Shown in pieces: positions 12,518-23,893 of a stretch of 64,000 bases of DNA; the stretch's first letter is position 1, and the number at the start of each line of letters is the position of its first letter. Position numbers and translations under genes: made by a program. The DNA lies in NCBI RefSeq assembly GCF_009834535.1, contig NC_045697.1:26042001-26106000 (forward strand), in the 5' to 3' direction. This DNA is from Camelus ferus (taxonomy: Eukaryota). Below the pieces are notes generated by a model, which had not been told where the DNA came from, searched no databases, and saw only the letters and a program-made list of their open reading frames with translations.

Positions 12518-12660
12518 TTGGTGATCTTGGTCAAGTTACCCAACTGTCCTGAGTCTAGTTTCCTCATTTATTGAAGGGGAATAAAAATAGGGCCTGCAGC
12601 CTGGGAACATTATGAGGATTAACGAGATGATGCTTTTAGAGAGAATAAGGTGTGCCCTAC
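12518..12660 (+). mobile_element. MIR SINE
   Basis: gtgatcttggtcaagttacccaactgtcctgagtctagtttcctcattt...tatgaggattaacgagatgatg. Confidence 0.8.
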
Positions 12661-14720
12661 ACCATGTCAAGAGTCAGCTACAACCAGCCAACTGTTTTTG
12701 TTTTTTATTAGAGAAAAGAATGATTGGTTCTCCTCGTAAAGTGAGTAGACACAATGGTCTCCAAGTCCTTAAAAGTATCAACACTCTTCATTCATAATGA
12801 AAAAGAAAATACATACATGAATGGATGTGAACAAATCTCAAAAATATTAAATGAAACACCAAGTTGCAAAAAATAACTCTGATTACAGTGAATCTTCAAC
12901 ATACCTACAAGATGTTATTTTTTCACATTTTTTTTAACTATTAAAATTGCTAAGAAAAGCAGTGGCATAAAGGTTAATTAACGTTAACGATTTCTCTTTA
13001 GGATCTATGCACACCCATTACTCAGGCAAGGCAGCCATGCCCAAAAAATCATTAATAACACTCCATAAATGGACCACATCATTACACAGAATGCTTGTTT
13101 AAAAATGCAGTTCTTAAAATTCATAACAGACTAACTACAGGTCATTACAGAATTGAATTCAAAAGAAAAACACCACAGTCATTAGGCAGCAGTAGAAAAC
13201 TGCCTTGAGGTTACATAACGTCTAACTAGAACACACAAATACAAAGTCAGAAAACATGAGAGGGCATTAACTACAGCACGGACCAAGAATGTGAGATTTA
13301 CAATGCACAGATAATTAAACCTCAATCTTCAATGTTTCAAAAAATGTCCTTGGGATAAGAATAAATAATTACAGATGGATTACAACACAAAAGTCTACCT
13401 CATTATCATGAAACAATTTTTCATCAACTAGCAGGAGTTGCCGTTAAAAATAAATTTTTTTCAAAGTGGAGCTTCTTTAATTATGAAAAATGAGTACAAA
13501 TGTAATTCCTTTTTACTTGTGAAAAGTATCAAGCAGATAGATACTTTTATCCTCTAACAATACATCAAATGATTATTAATTTTGATTCAGCATTTAGATG
13601 TTCAAGTCAAAATTTTGCAAATATTGAAATGATGAACCCATTTTTTCATAGAACTTATAGAAAGCCATTTTAAAGGGAAAAAAATCTGAACTTTAGAATG
13701 CTAAGCATTTTTCCGCTGTAACATGAAATGCAGTTTTTCTTAAACATGAAAACGATGGGATGAATTTCTGTATTTTTCTTATTCAATGTAGCAAACAACC
13801 GGTTATGATTTTCTGTAATTTTCTGCTTACATATATTTCAACATTAAAGTCTAAAATAGCATTAGTCCTTTTTTAATGTCTATATCATGTCTATGTACAT
13901 CTAGAGAAAAATATCTAAGATTCTTACTTTAAATAAAAAGTTCACAAAAGGCCTGAGACATCAGGTTTCAATTTCAAACTGGGGAACAGCCCTCAGTCAA
14001 TACAGCACATGGGTTTTATAATAAGTTATAAGAGGTGGACTCCAATCAAGTGCTGCCTTGCCGACCACCCTCCTCTCCTTTACCTCTGCTTCCTTATTTT
14101 TCCTTCTCCTGAAACATTCAAAGGCATGACACCTAAAAGACAGGGCTTTGTGACTTGTGCCAAGGATAAAACAGTTACATGAAAGATGCATGAAAATCAT
14201 GAAACTGGGGAGGAGAATAAGTACCTCTTCAGTAGCTGAGTGAGACCTGTTCCTTCCTGCCTCGAGCACTAAGGATGCTCTTGGAAGGATGACAAGACCC
14301 ATCTATGACTCCCAGGGAAGGGCAGCTGTGGGGGAGCTGGCTTTCTGCTTGGAGACCTCTACGGGAGACCTCCAGCTGAGGAGGTAAGGAAGGAGCAGGC
14401 TCATCAAGCCTAGTTCGGACCCAGCCCTCAAGAGACAGGAGTTAAAAAGAGATCCTGAAGTCCAAGGTCCAGTGTAGCCCCACCCAGCCCAGCCTCCCCA
14501 AGAAAAGGAGTAGGCAGGAATTCAGGGATGAAGCCCAAGGCAAGGACAAAGATAACCCACTAAACTGGAGAGTCAGCTGCATCAGATAAACTGCCAGGGG
14601 GTGGGGGGTGGGGTACAGGTCCAGGGAGACAGAAACAAAGCTCCTCACATCAGAAATATGCATCTAGCATCTTGTTCCTTTCAACAGCTATATGAAGTGT
14701 TTAACAAGAAATTACGTTAA

Positions 14721-14821
14721 TATGTATGTTCATGTATAATTGAAAAATTGTGCTCTACACTGGAATTTGACACAACATTGTAAATTGACTATAACTCAAT
14801 AAAAAATGTTTAAAAAAAAGA
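14721..14821 (+). mobile_element. Young, severely 5'-truncated L1 3' tail with 15-bp TSD
   Basis: Ends in aataaaaaatgtttaaaaaaaa. Flanked by aagaaattacgttaa (14706-14720) and aagaaattatgttaa (14822-14836). Homologous to the element at 55418-55596. Confidence 0.88.
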
Positions 14822-15582
14822 AAGAAATTATGTTAAAAGCACCGGCCTCAAAGAAAGCTTTATTCGATACAAGGAGAAATGCACTAAAGTATCATTTAGA
14901 TATTTGACTAGAGGGACTCTCAGATTATATAATCCCCAGTTTTATTCTTAAAGTTACATTATAACTGTAAAATCTGGCAATTACTATTTGCAATTCAGGC
15001 AAGGATCATAAAGAAAAACAGACAGTGAAGTCTGAAAATAATTATTTATGCTCTCATTTTATAATTCGAGCACCATAAATACATAGTTACCATTTACTGC
15101 CATAATCAAAGAAGAAAAGAGAGGTGACACTGGGTTCCCTGGCAGTGCTATGATACTGGTGAGTGCTACGTAATTTACTACTAATTTTCACATTATTTCA
15201 ATTCTAATTTTCAAGGACTCAGAGTCACAACGTGAATAACAAGCCTTCCACATGACACAAAGCTTACTCTTACAACTAAATGAACACCAAAAGACGCTCA
15301 AAAATTTACCAAAAAAAAAAAAAGCACATCTTGTTTAAAACATGAGCCAAGGATTTCTGATCTGAAGTTATCTTTATGGCTCCCAAAAGGACTCTGCTCT
15401 GGCAAAGACACAGTTTTAATGTGTGTACTCACGGCAGACCCTTCTCATGTACTCTAATTGTTTAAAATTGGTAAAATATGCTAAAGCTACAGTGTTGTAC
15501 AAAAACTGGTCATCTTCTACATTCCTAAGAAATATTCCAGATCTTATATATGTAATTTACATTTTAAAGAATATTTACTAAA

Positions 15583-15750
15583 TGAGTGGTTAAGAACGTG
15601 GCTTTTGGAGTCAGATATACTGAAATGAAACCCCAGTTTACAACACATGTGACCCTAGAAAAATTAACCTAAAGCTCAGTTACCTCATAAGAAAATGGAT
15701 GAAAAATACCTACTTCGGAGGACCAGTGTGAGAATTAGATAACCCATGAA
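15583..15750 (+). mobile_element. MIR SINE
   Basis: gagtggttaagaacgtggcttttggagtcaga...gtgacc...ctcagttacctcat...tacctacttc. Confidence 0.75.
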
Positions 15751-16920
15751 AAATTATAAATCAAGGCAGCTTCTGGGTGTTTTAATAAGTAACACCACCA
15801 CTACTGAGTTCCCAATAAATACTCAATATTTATGATGCCAAGATTAAGACAAATTAATTAGGGTTTCTGTCCTCAAAGAGTTTATGCTCTAATGGGAGGT
15901 ACTTAACATGGTCTTGTAAATTGCCACATTTTGCCTTGCAAATACTAAACTTCCACATTGTCTCTTGTAAATACAACCAAGATCTTGTACTGCCATTACC
16001 AACAGGGTTCATGGGCAAGAGAGCCAGCAGCAGGATACAAGGGTGAGGGGGAAACTTGCAGAAATGCCAGTCTAGAGCCCGGGCAGGAATCTGTACTTGA
16101 ATTTAGTGCCACAGCAGTAACGGTCAAACTTAAACCACTTCATGACTTCCAGCAGACAGACAAGTGTCAGCTTTCAGTGGGGAAAAAAAAATCCCCACAA
16201 CCCTGGAGAAAACCACATGTTAGGTGTAACCTTGAGAAATGGCTGAAAGCTCTCTGTGCTGTAAGGCAGCTCCTCTCAGACTCCACAGTTACCTTTGGGT
16301 ACCAGTGACGCTACCCGCTGGTAGGGCCCCTCTTTAGAGTCCCAGTCTCCCGTGGATCTGGCTTCACACTGTTCAGCGGTAGCTTTTCACACGTCCTCTA
16401 CACTACACTCCAAGTCCCTTGACACCTCTCTACCGCCTTGGTGCCGAGCACAGTGGCCAGTACCGAGCAGGTGCTCACTAGCTGTGTGCTGAATTATTAA
16501 TTCATGCCAGGCATTGTGTCTGGCAGTAGATGTAATCACTAGGAATGTGGCTCCTGCCAAAAGACAAAAAACCTAGTGGGGATTCAGAGTCCACAATTCA
16601 AATATAAGAAGTGCACTCATGGAAGTACAGAATACCAGGCATGGAGGAAGGTCTGGGGAAGGAATATCCAGGTAGAATGAGGGAAAAGGAACTCCCTCAG
16701 TTAAACAGGAGAGTCCCAGGCAGTTATAAGTTGGAAACAGATGCCGGGAAGTGGTGTACAGAGAGACGGCATGACAAAAAAAAGCTTTAGAAGAAAGACA
16801 AGGTTGGTTGAATAGGCACATGAATATGTCAAATTTAGAAGAGAACAGTGAAAATAAAATTGTTAAAAATAACTAAATTCCCCCAATTAAATATATATGG
16901 CCCACGGTAAAAATCCTTAC

Positions 16921-17816
16921 CTCCCTGAAATTCCTTTTGTTGATCCTGGAATCTCTGGTACAGGCCGATGTCTTAGCATAAACGATCGAGATGGTCTTGA
17001 AACCAGCTTGCTACGACTTCTCATAGGTGTCAGGGCTGGTGAGGATGGAACATACAACTCATTGACAACCATTTCTCCTTGAAACTGAAAGAATGGGGAT
17101 GGTGGTGGTCTGTCTAATACACCATTCGTCCCATTTCCAGCATTTGCGTCTGATACTGAGCAGCCAGGGGCAGAAATGAGTTCAGGGTCCGCATTAGGAA
17201 GCCTGCTCACATTCTCTGAGCTCAAATCAACTTTTTCTGTTTGTTCTTCTTCAGTTGTACAGTCTAGAGTCCCTTTTGCAATCAAAGATTCTATTTTAGT
17301 AATTTTGCTACCAAATAAAGAATCTGAATTCAGGTGTGGTTCTTCTTCTGGAATGGGGAAGTTGTGTTTAGGAAGAGTCAGCTTATCCTCTGATTTAAGA
17401 GGCTGGCTATTTCCCACACTAGCCTCATCTGGATCAAGAGTGTTTGTAACAGTCTCCAACTGCACTGGGCTAGGTGTCTGAACACTAGGGGAATCTGAAA
17501 GCTCTATGCAGGTGTTCTGATCAGAAGATGGAGCAGGGTGGTCCTTTGGAGTCTCATCATTCTTCTTTGTTTTATGGACATTTGCATATACTGGGATATC
17601 TTGCATTTTTGACAAGACTATCTGTAACTGTTTAAGTATCCGCCTCCGGTGTCCCGTGGGTGATATGCCAACTTTGAGCAGCACGCTGTCATTTATCGCC
17701 GCACAGTCCTTCACGTTGTTGAAGCCAAATTCGCGGAAGCGCAAGAGGTATTGCTCCAAATTGATGCTCATGAGGAAATCTTTGATATCGACATTTACTT
17801 CACTGACTGAGGACAT
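16921..17816 (-). CDS. ARAP2: ARAP2 exon 2 coding part (896 nt): start codon, SAM domain (about aa 6-70) and low-complexity linker
   Basis: ORF 16917..17870, whose listed start is a GTG; the first in-frame ATG is at 17816. SAM motif DIKDFLMSINLEQYLLRF...LLKVGISPTGHRRRILKQL. Donor GGGAG|gtaagg. Confidence 0.97.
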
Positions 17817-17960
17817 AATGGTGGCTTCATTACTAAGCAGAGTTAAAAGAGGCAGTGCAATGAAACACACACAGGAGGATGCACGTCTGTACTGGCTTTT
17901 CCTCTATCGCTTATCTCAAAATGTTCTTTTCTCCTCAGTGAATGCTTTATGTGCTTGAGC
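17817..17960 (-). other. ARAP2: ARAP2 exon 2 5' UTR part (144 nt)
   Basis: Strong acceptor (long polypyrimidine tract ending ccag|GCTCAAG) with AG at 17961-17962. Confidence 0.88.
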
Positions 17961-18306
17961 CTGGAAAAAAAAGAAAAGCAATGTCTTAGGACTTTTGGTT
18001 ATTAAAACTGGTTTTATATGATAAATGTTCTCTGAAGAAACACAATAGAAATGAGGATGATTCCTTGCGCTCACTGAGCGTTTGGAATCTTTGTGCGTTA
18101 CTTTGCTCAGTCAGTGCCTGGCTAGCAGGGGAAGGAGCGGGACAGAAAGGCTGTGATTTTCAAAAAGGTGAAAAATAATTCTCAAATGTAAAATGAGCAA
18201 GTGTCAAAAAAATGTATTCATGATTAATGAAGGAACCAGTAATGTGGTAAGGCTACTTTCAAGAGCATCTGTGCAACAGGCTTATACAGTCCATTATAAA
18301 AGGTTT

Positions 18307-18328
18307 TGTGTGTGTGTGTGTGTGTGTG
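18307..18328. repeat. (TG)11 microsatellite
   Basis: Seen directly. Confidence 0.92.
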
Positions 18329-19463
18329 TCAGAATAAGACAGATAGGTTAGATTTAAAACAACAACAACAAAAAAAACTGGTTAGGGTCCTACAGGGCAA
18401 TAAAACCATAACCTTTGGGGATATCTTTCTACTGGACAAAAATTTATAAGCTAACAGGGCACTTCCCCATTCTGGGCTCTAACCAAATGGTAAACAGAAA
18501 GCGGAGCGCAAGACTTAGAGTTAAATACCCCATTGGTGAGCCTTAAACCACAGCCCCGACAAGGCACTGAAAGAACACACTGTACATTCTTTCTGACTTG
18601 CAAATTTTAGATAATTCTTCTTAACAGTACCTAGAACTAGATATGAATAACTCACCTCTTTACACCACTTTCTTCAGAGACTCTCTCAAAAAGCAGTTAG
18701 AACATATTTCTTAGGTCAATAACTTTCATTTCAAAAATGCAGCAGCATTACATGCGCAGTATCATTACATAAGAAAAGACTAGTTAACTAACTATACATT
18801 AGGTAACAGGAAGTAAGTGAATATGAAAGTAAAAGGAAAAAGTTTAAAGGTCACATTGTCTTTACACACAGCAGATTCACATAGGTTTATTTTTCTCACA
18901 AACAACATCATTCAAGTATTTTAAAAGTTGATGTACCACGGTGCTGTTTACATGGCTGTGTTCAGTCTGTGAAAATGAACAACGTGTGCAAAAATCTGTA
19001 TGTTATGCGTCAAGAAAAAGAAAAAAGTAGAGAACGTGCATAAGGACCATGCACTGAAGTAATAAAATGAGACATACCCAAACAAGGTATATTTATCTGA
19101 ACAAGCACTGATGCAACATTTCTGGAAATCACATCTCAGAGTAGATCTTGGAAAGATACAACTCAGGGTCTCCCTGTGTTACACGCCACCCGCCCTGAAG
19201 CTCTTGCCTGCACTATTCAAAAACATCTGCCAACACTGACAAGCAAGTGTGTGAAAAAGGGGAAAAGATCGTATTCAAGGCAGCACTGCAGAAGCAAAGT
19301 ACGAGCAAGAGATGAAAGACAGGAAATGCTTTTGTCAGTAAGGTATCCCTCCGTCATTCAAAATCACAAAATGTCAGGGGAAAAAAAAGGAGAAAGTTAA
19401 ACCTCAACACCACATACAACTAATTCTCAGATATACTATTCTTGTTCTACATAATTATTTTGT

Positions 19464-19512
19464 AAAAAAAAAAAAAAGAAAGAAAGAAAGAACGAAAGAA
19501 AGAAAGAAAAAA
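19464..19512. repeat. Poly(A)/(GAAA)n simple repeat
   Basis: Seen directly. Confidence 0.85.
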
Positions 19513-21374
19513 CCCTCATTATCTAATTTTTTTGCACATCACAAAATGAAAATGATTATTGCCAGATTGGCTGGAACTCTGATTTTGGACTTCTCAGCCT
19601 CCAGAATCATGAGAAAATCTTGAACTAATGCTTTTCTCCTTCCTCCCTGCCTTTGCCACAGCTCAGACCCTCATTACATCTCCTGCCTGAATTACTGCAG
19701 CCACCTCTGAACAAATCCATTAGCCCAGTCTCCATGTACTACCGGACAACTGAAAATCCAAATTTGGCCTGTCACTCCACATCCTGAACAAGACAGTCCA
19801 AGCTCCTCATGGTGAACCCCCGCAGTCTGGTCCCAGTTCACCAATAAAAACTAGAGCAGCTACTATTAATGTAAATGGCAATAATGCACCAGATTCCACG
19901 CCTCATACGTATTTCCTGCAGCACAGTGTTCCCATGTACTGACTTCAGGCTCAGGTTTAACCTGTGCCACAACATTGACTTTAGCTCCTTTTGTTAATTA
20001 GCATTTATTTCCCCAGACAACAAACTGTTAAATATTTTGCATATGCTGTATCTGCTGGCAAATCTACACATTTTGCAAAATCCTATTCACTATTTAAAAT
20101 TATGAATAGGCAGGTATGACTTCTCTGAAGGCTTCCTATCAAACCCTTGAAGCAGAATGGATCACTGCTTTCTCCAAATACATCTAAAGCTAGGATTCTA
20201 GAAATCTGCAAAGGGCATGGGACATGTTGACAAGATAGGAGATCGGCCAGTAGGGACGGTAGAAGAGGTTGAGAGGCCCATTCTGTTCATTTTTTTTGGT
20301 GTGTGTGTGCCTGTGTGAGCCTTTGTGTTTTAACACAGAAGCCCTTTCCTTCCGTTACACATAAACCTCCAGAGCGGCTGACTCAAGGATGGATATACCA
20401 AATGTTCTGACCAAGCCACCTCTTTCCACTGTCAGTGAACATGCTAATGAACCAGATTCCTTCTCATGGCCCAGAAAGGCTCCCTCCCACGGGCCCTACA
20501 ATGCTCTCTGCGCTTTCATGTTGGCTCCATCTCCAGACTTTTTAACCATCTGACTGTCCATGAGTGTTCACAGATCCACTTCCTTAGAGGCTTCTGGCCC
20601 CAAGTCCATCATCAGACGCGAAGAGATTGGGATGCCCAACTCTATACAAGTCTACCAGGTGCAAACTCAACATGAAATCGAAGCCTCCACGTTCTGACCT
20701 CCACTTGGGCACCTGGTGCACACGCCGTGCTCTAGGTTAGTGGCTCTCTGGGCACCGGTCAGTGGTCGGACTGTTCAGCAGCAGCTGCTGAGAGCAGATG
20801 CAGGAATCTGCTTTTGTAACGTACTCCAAAGAAGACTGGGATATGCAACAAAATTCAGTAATTACAGTTGTAAATTCCTCACACTCCCCACAGATGCTTT
20901 ATGCCATCCCACCTCAGCCTAAGGCCACCGCTCTCCGCCCTCAGGAGGGATGTGCTTCCCAACACAGCGCCCACGAGCCTGGAGTCAGACTCAGACCCTA
21001 CGTCCTCCACTTTCCAGCAGGGCGAACCCCAGCACACGTCCATGTGTCTGTTTCCCTACCCACAAAACGGAAACGCTCACAGGTACCTCAGTGCTGGTGA
21101 AGATTCACCGAGATAATCCATCCTAAGTGTTAAAATGGTGCTTAGTCCGTGGTGAAGGCTTAGGATATGTTCATTTCCATCATTATAATTATTTATTTTC
21201 ATCACTAAGTCATTATCTTCCCACAACTGCAATCTTTCCCAGTCTTGACGCCTAACTCAAATGCTGTTTCCCTTACAAGCTCCCTACAGGACAAGAAATA
21301 AACTCTCTTCTCTGCATTCCTACAGCATTTAATCACAGTCCACTCATTCCAGAGTCACCTACAGAAGTGGGACA

Positions 21375-21560
21375 GCGCAACTTAAAGCTGAGATTTTGAA
21401 GCCAACAACATGGGTCAAATCCCAGGATGTAACCTTTCTGTGCCTCAGTTTCCTCATCAGGAAAGCAGGAGTGATAACAGTACCTACCTCACAGGACTGT
21501 TGTAACACATTTAGAGCACCAACTGCACACAACAAATGTTAAATAAATATCTGCCATTAT
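21375..21560 (+). mobile_element. MIR SINE
   Basis: aacctttctgtgcctcagtttcctcatcagg...gataacagtacctacctcacaggactgttgt. Confidence 0.85.
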
Positions 21561-21869
21561 AATTATTTCGATTATCCCACAATAAAATAATAAATCTGCC
21601 AAGATGATGACCAGCCCACATAAGCTGCCCAATTACTGCCAGTCAACTTACTCGTTTGGAAACATCATATGTGACGTATATGCAGTGCATGTTTAGAGAA
21701 GGAACAAACAGCCGGCCTGGCAGACGTGAATGCGCATCCGCCTGTGCTATCCTGACCCATTTCTAAGAGAAAGTAAAAGTAGAAGGGAAGAAGCATTCGG
21801 GAGCACCTGCTACCTGCCTGGTTTTCAATATCACTTAATAACCATAGTCTTATTATCTTATGGAGCTCT

Positions 21870-22471
21870 ACCTTGAAAGCACCACCAGCTGCTTCTCACC
21901 ACCTCTCCTGCTCACATCCAAGTCCAGGCCACCGTCTCATCTATTTCAGATCTCTGTAACAGCCTCTTGCCTGATATTCTTGCTTCTGTCCTGGCCCGCT
22001 GCCCCCACAAGCAGTATATTTCCAATAGAGCAGCAAGAATGATTCATTTCATAACAGACGTCACACCACATCACTCCTTGCAACTTCTCAACCGCATTTT
22101 CCCCGGCTTTCCCCACCCCCATCACTCAGTCAGCACCAAGCTGGCCTGTCCACCTCATGACCTGACCTCCCACACTTCCATCTCCTTCGTCAATATACCC
22201 GTGGCTAACAGCTCACTCCATCACTTAGTAGGTCTCTGCTCCAATGTGTCCTCTTCAGAGGGGCCTTCCCTCATGGTGCTATGCAGATAAGCATGCCTTG
22301 TGCCTCATTCCTCCCCACCCTCGCTTCCTCTGTCTTCATGGCATGGTACTACCTGGTATCTGTGAACTTTTACAAGAGGGCAGGGATCCTGTCTCCTGTT
22401 CACTGCTCTAGGCCTTGAGTTAGGACACTCTCGGGCATATAAAAGATGCTCAGTAAATGCTTGCTGAATGA
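21870..22471 (+). mobile_element. L2 LINE 3' fragment
   Basis: L2 3' end: agagggcagggatcctgtctcctgttcactgct...atgctcagtaaatgcttgctgaatga. Confidence 0.8.
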
Positions 22472-23893
22472 CTGGCACAAAAACAGACACATAGGTCAAA
22501 GGAACGGAATAGAGCGCCCAGAAGTAAACCCATGCACTATGGTCAATCTATGACAAAGGAGATAAGAATTTACAATGGAGAAAAGATATTTTCTTCTTTA
22601 ATAAGAGGTGCTGGGAAAACTGGACAGCCACATGTAAATCAATGAAATGAGAACATTTTCCCACACCATTTACAAAAATAAGCTCAAAATAGAAGTAAGA
22701 CCTAAACGTAAAACCAGAAACCATAAGATTCTTGAAAATAACATAAGCAGAACACTCTTTGACATAAACTGTAGCAGTATTTTTTTTGGATCTGTCTCCT
22801 AAAGTAAATGAAACAAAAGCAAAATTAAACAAACAGGACTACATTAAACTTAATTAACCTTTTGCACAGCAAAGAAAACCATCCGCAAAAAAAAAAAAAC
22901 CTATTGAATGGGAGAAAATATTTGCAAATGATATGATCGATAAGGGATTAATAGTCAAAATATATAAATAGCTCATACATTCAATATCAAAAAGCCAATG
23001 ACTCAGTCAAAAAATGAGTAGAAGACCTGAATAGGCATTTTACCAAAGAAGGCATACAGATGGCCAACAGGCACGTGAAAAGATGCTCAACATCGCTAAT
23101 CATCAGAGAAATGCAAATTGAAACCACAATGAGACATCACCTCACACCTGTCAGAATGGCTATCATCAAAAAGAACCCAGATAACAAATGCTGGTGAAGA
23201 TGTAGAGAAAAGGGAACCTGTGTGCACTGTTGGCAGGAATGTAAATTGGTGCAGTCACTGTAGAGAACAGTATGGAGGTTTCTCAAAAAAACTAAAAACA
23301 AAACTACCATATGATCCAGCAATTTCACTCCTGGGCATATATCCAGTAAAAATAAAAACACTAATTCAAAAAGATACAAGCCCCCAAATGTTCATAGCAG
23401 CATTATTCACAATAGCCAAGATATGGAAGCAACCTAAGTGTCCATTAACAAATGAACAGACAAAAAAATGTGATATACACTCAGCCATAAAAAAGAATGA
23501 AATTCTGCCATTTGCAGCAACATGGATGAAGCCAGAGGGTATCATGCTTAGTGAAATAAGTCAGGCAGAGAAAGAAAAATACTCTGTTATCACTTATATT
23601 AGGACTCTAAAAAATGAATATAACAAAACAGAAACAGACCCATGGATATAGAGAACAAACTAGTAGTTACCAATGGAGAGAGGGAAGGAAAGAGGGGCAA
23701 GACAGGGAAGGAGATTAAGAACTACAAACTCTTATGTATAAAATAAGCAGGAAGGATACAGTGTACCACACAGGCAAGTATAGCCTTTATTCTGTAATAA
23801 CTTTAAATGGAATATAACCTATAAAATACTGAATCACTATATTGTACACCTGAAACTAATATAATATTGTAAGTCAACTTTAATTAAAAAAAA
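22472..23893 (+). mobile_element. LINE-1 3' portion (ORF2 C-terminus, 3' UTR, poly(A)), moderately young, antisense to ARAP2
   Basis: ORF 23220..23651 reads [14 protein letters not shown]...[19 protein letters not shown]...AIKKNEILPFAATWM (L1 ORF2p C-terminus). Tail tgtacacctgaaactaatataatattgtaagtcaact plus poly(A). Confidence 0.95.

Noticed and set aside
17817..17870. 18-aa hydrophobic N-terminal extension of ARAP2 suggested by the ORF track
   Set aside because: It starts at a GTG; the recognised protein begins at MSSVSE (17816), and there is no evidence for upstream initiation.
17176..17958. Two ORFs of about 100 aa on the plus strand
   Set aside because: Antisense shadows of the ARAP2 exon 2 coding sequence.
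18104..18113. ARE-like motif (TGACTGAGCA, minus strand) near the exon 2 acceptor
   Set aside because: A single short motif is expected by chance in 64 kb.
23137..23651. 143-aa and 80-aa ORFs
   Set aside because: Sense and antisense translations of a decayed L1 ORF2 C-terminus, not host genes.
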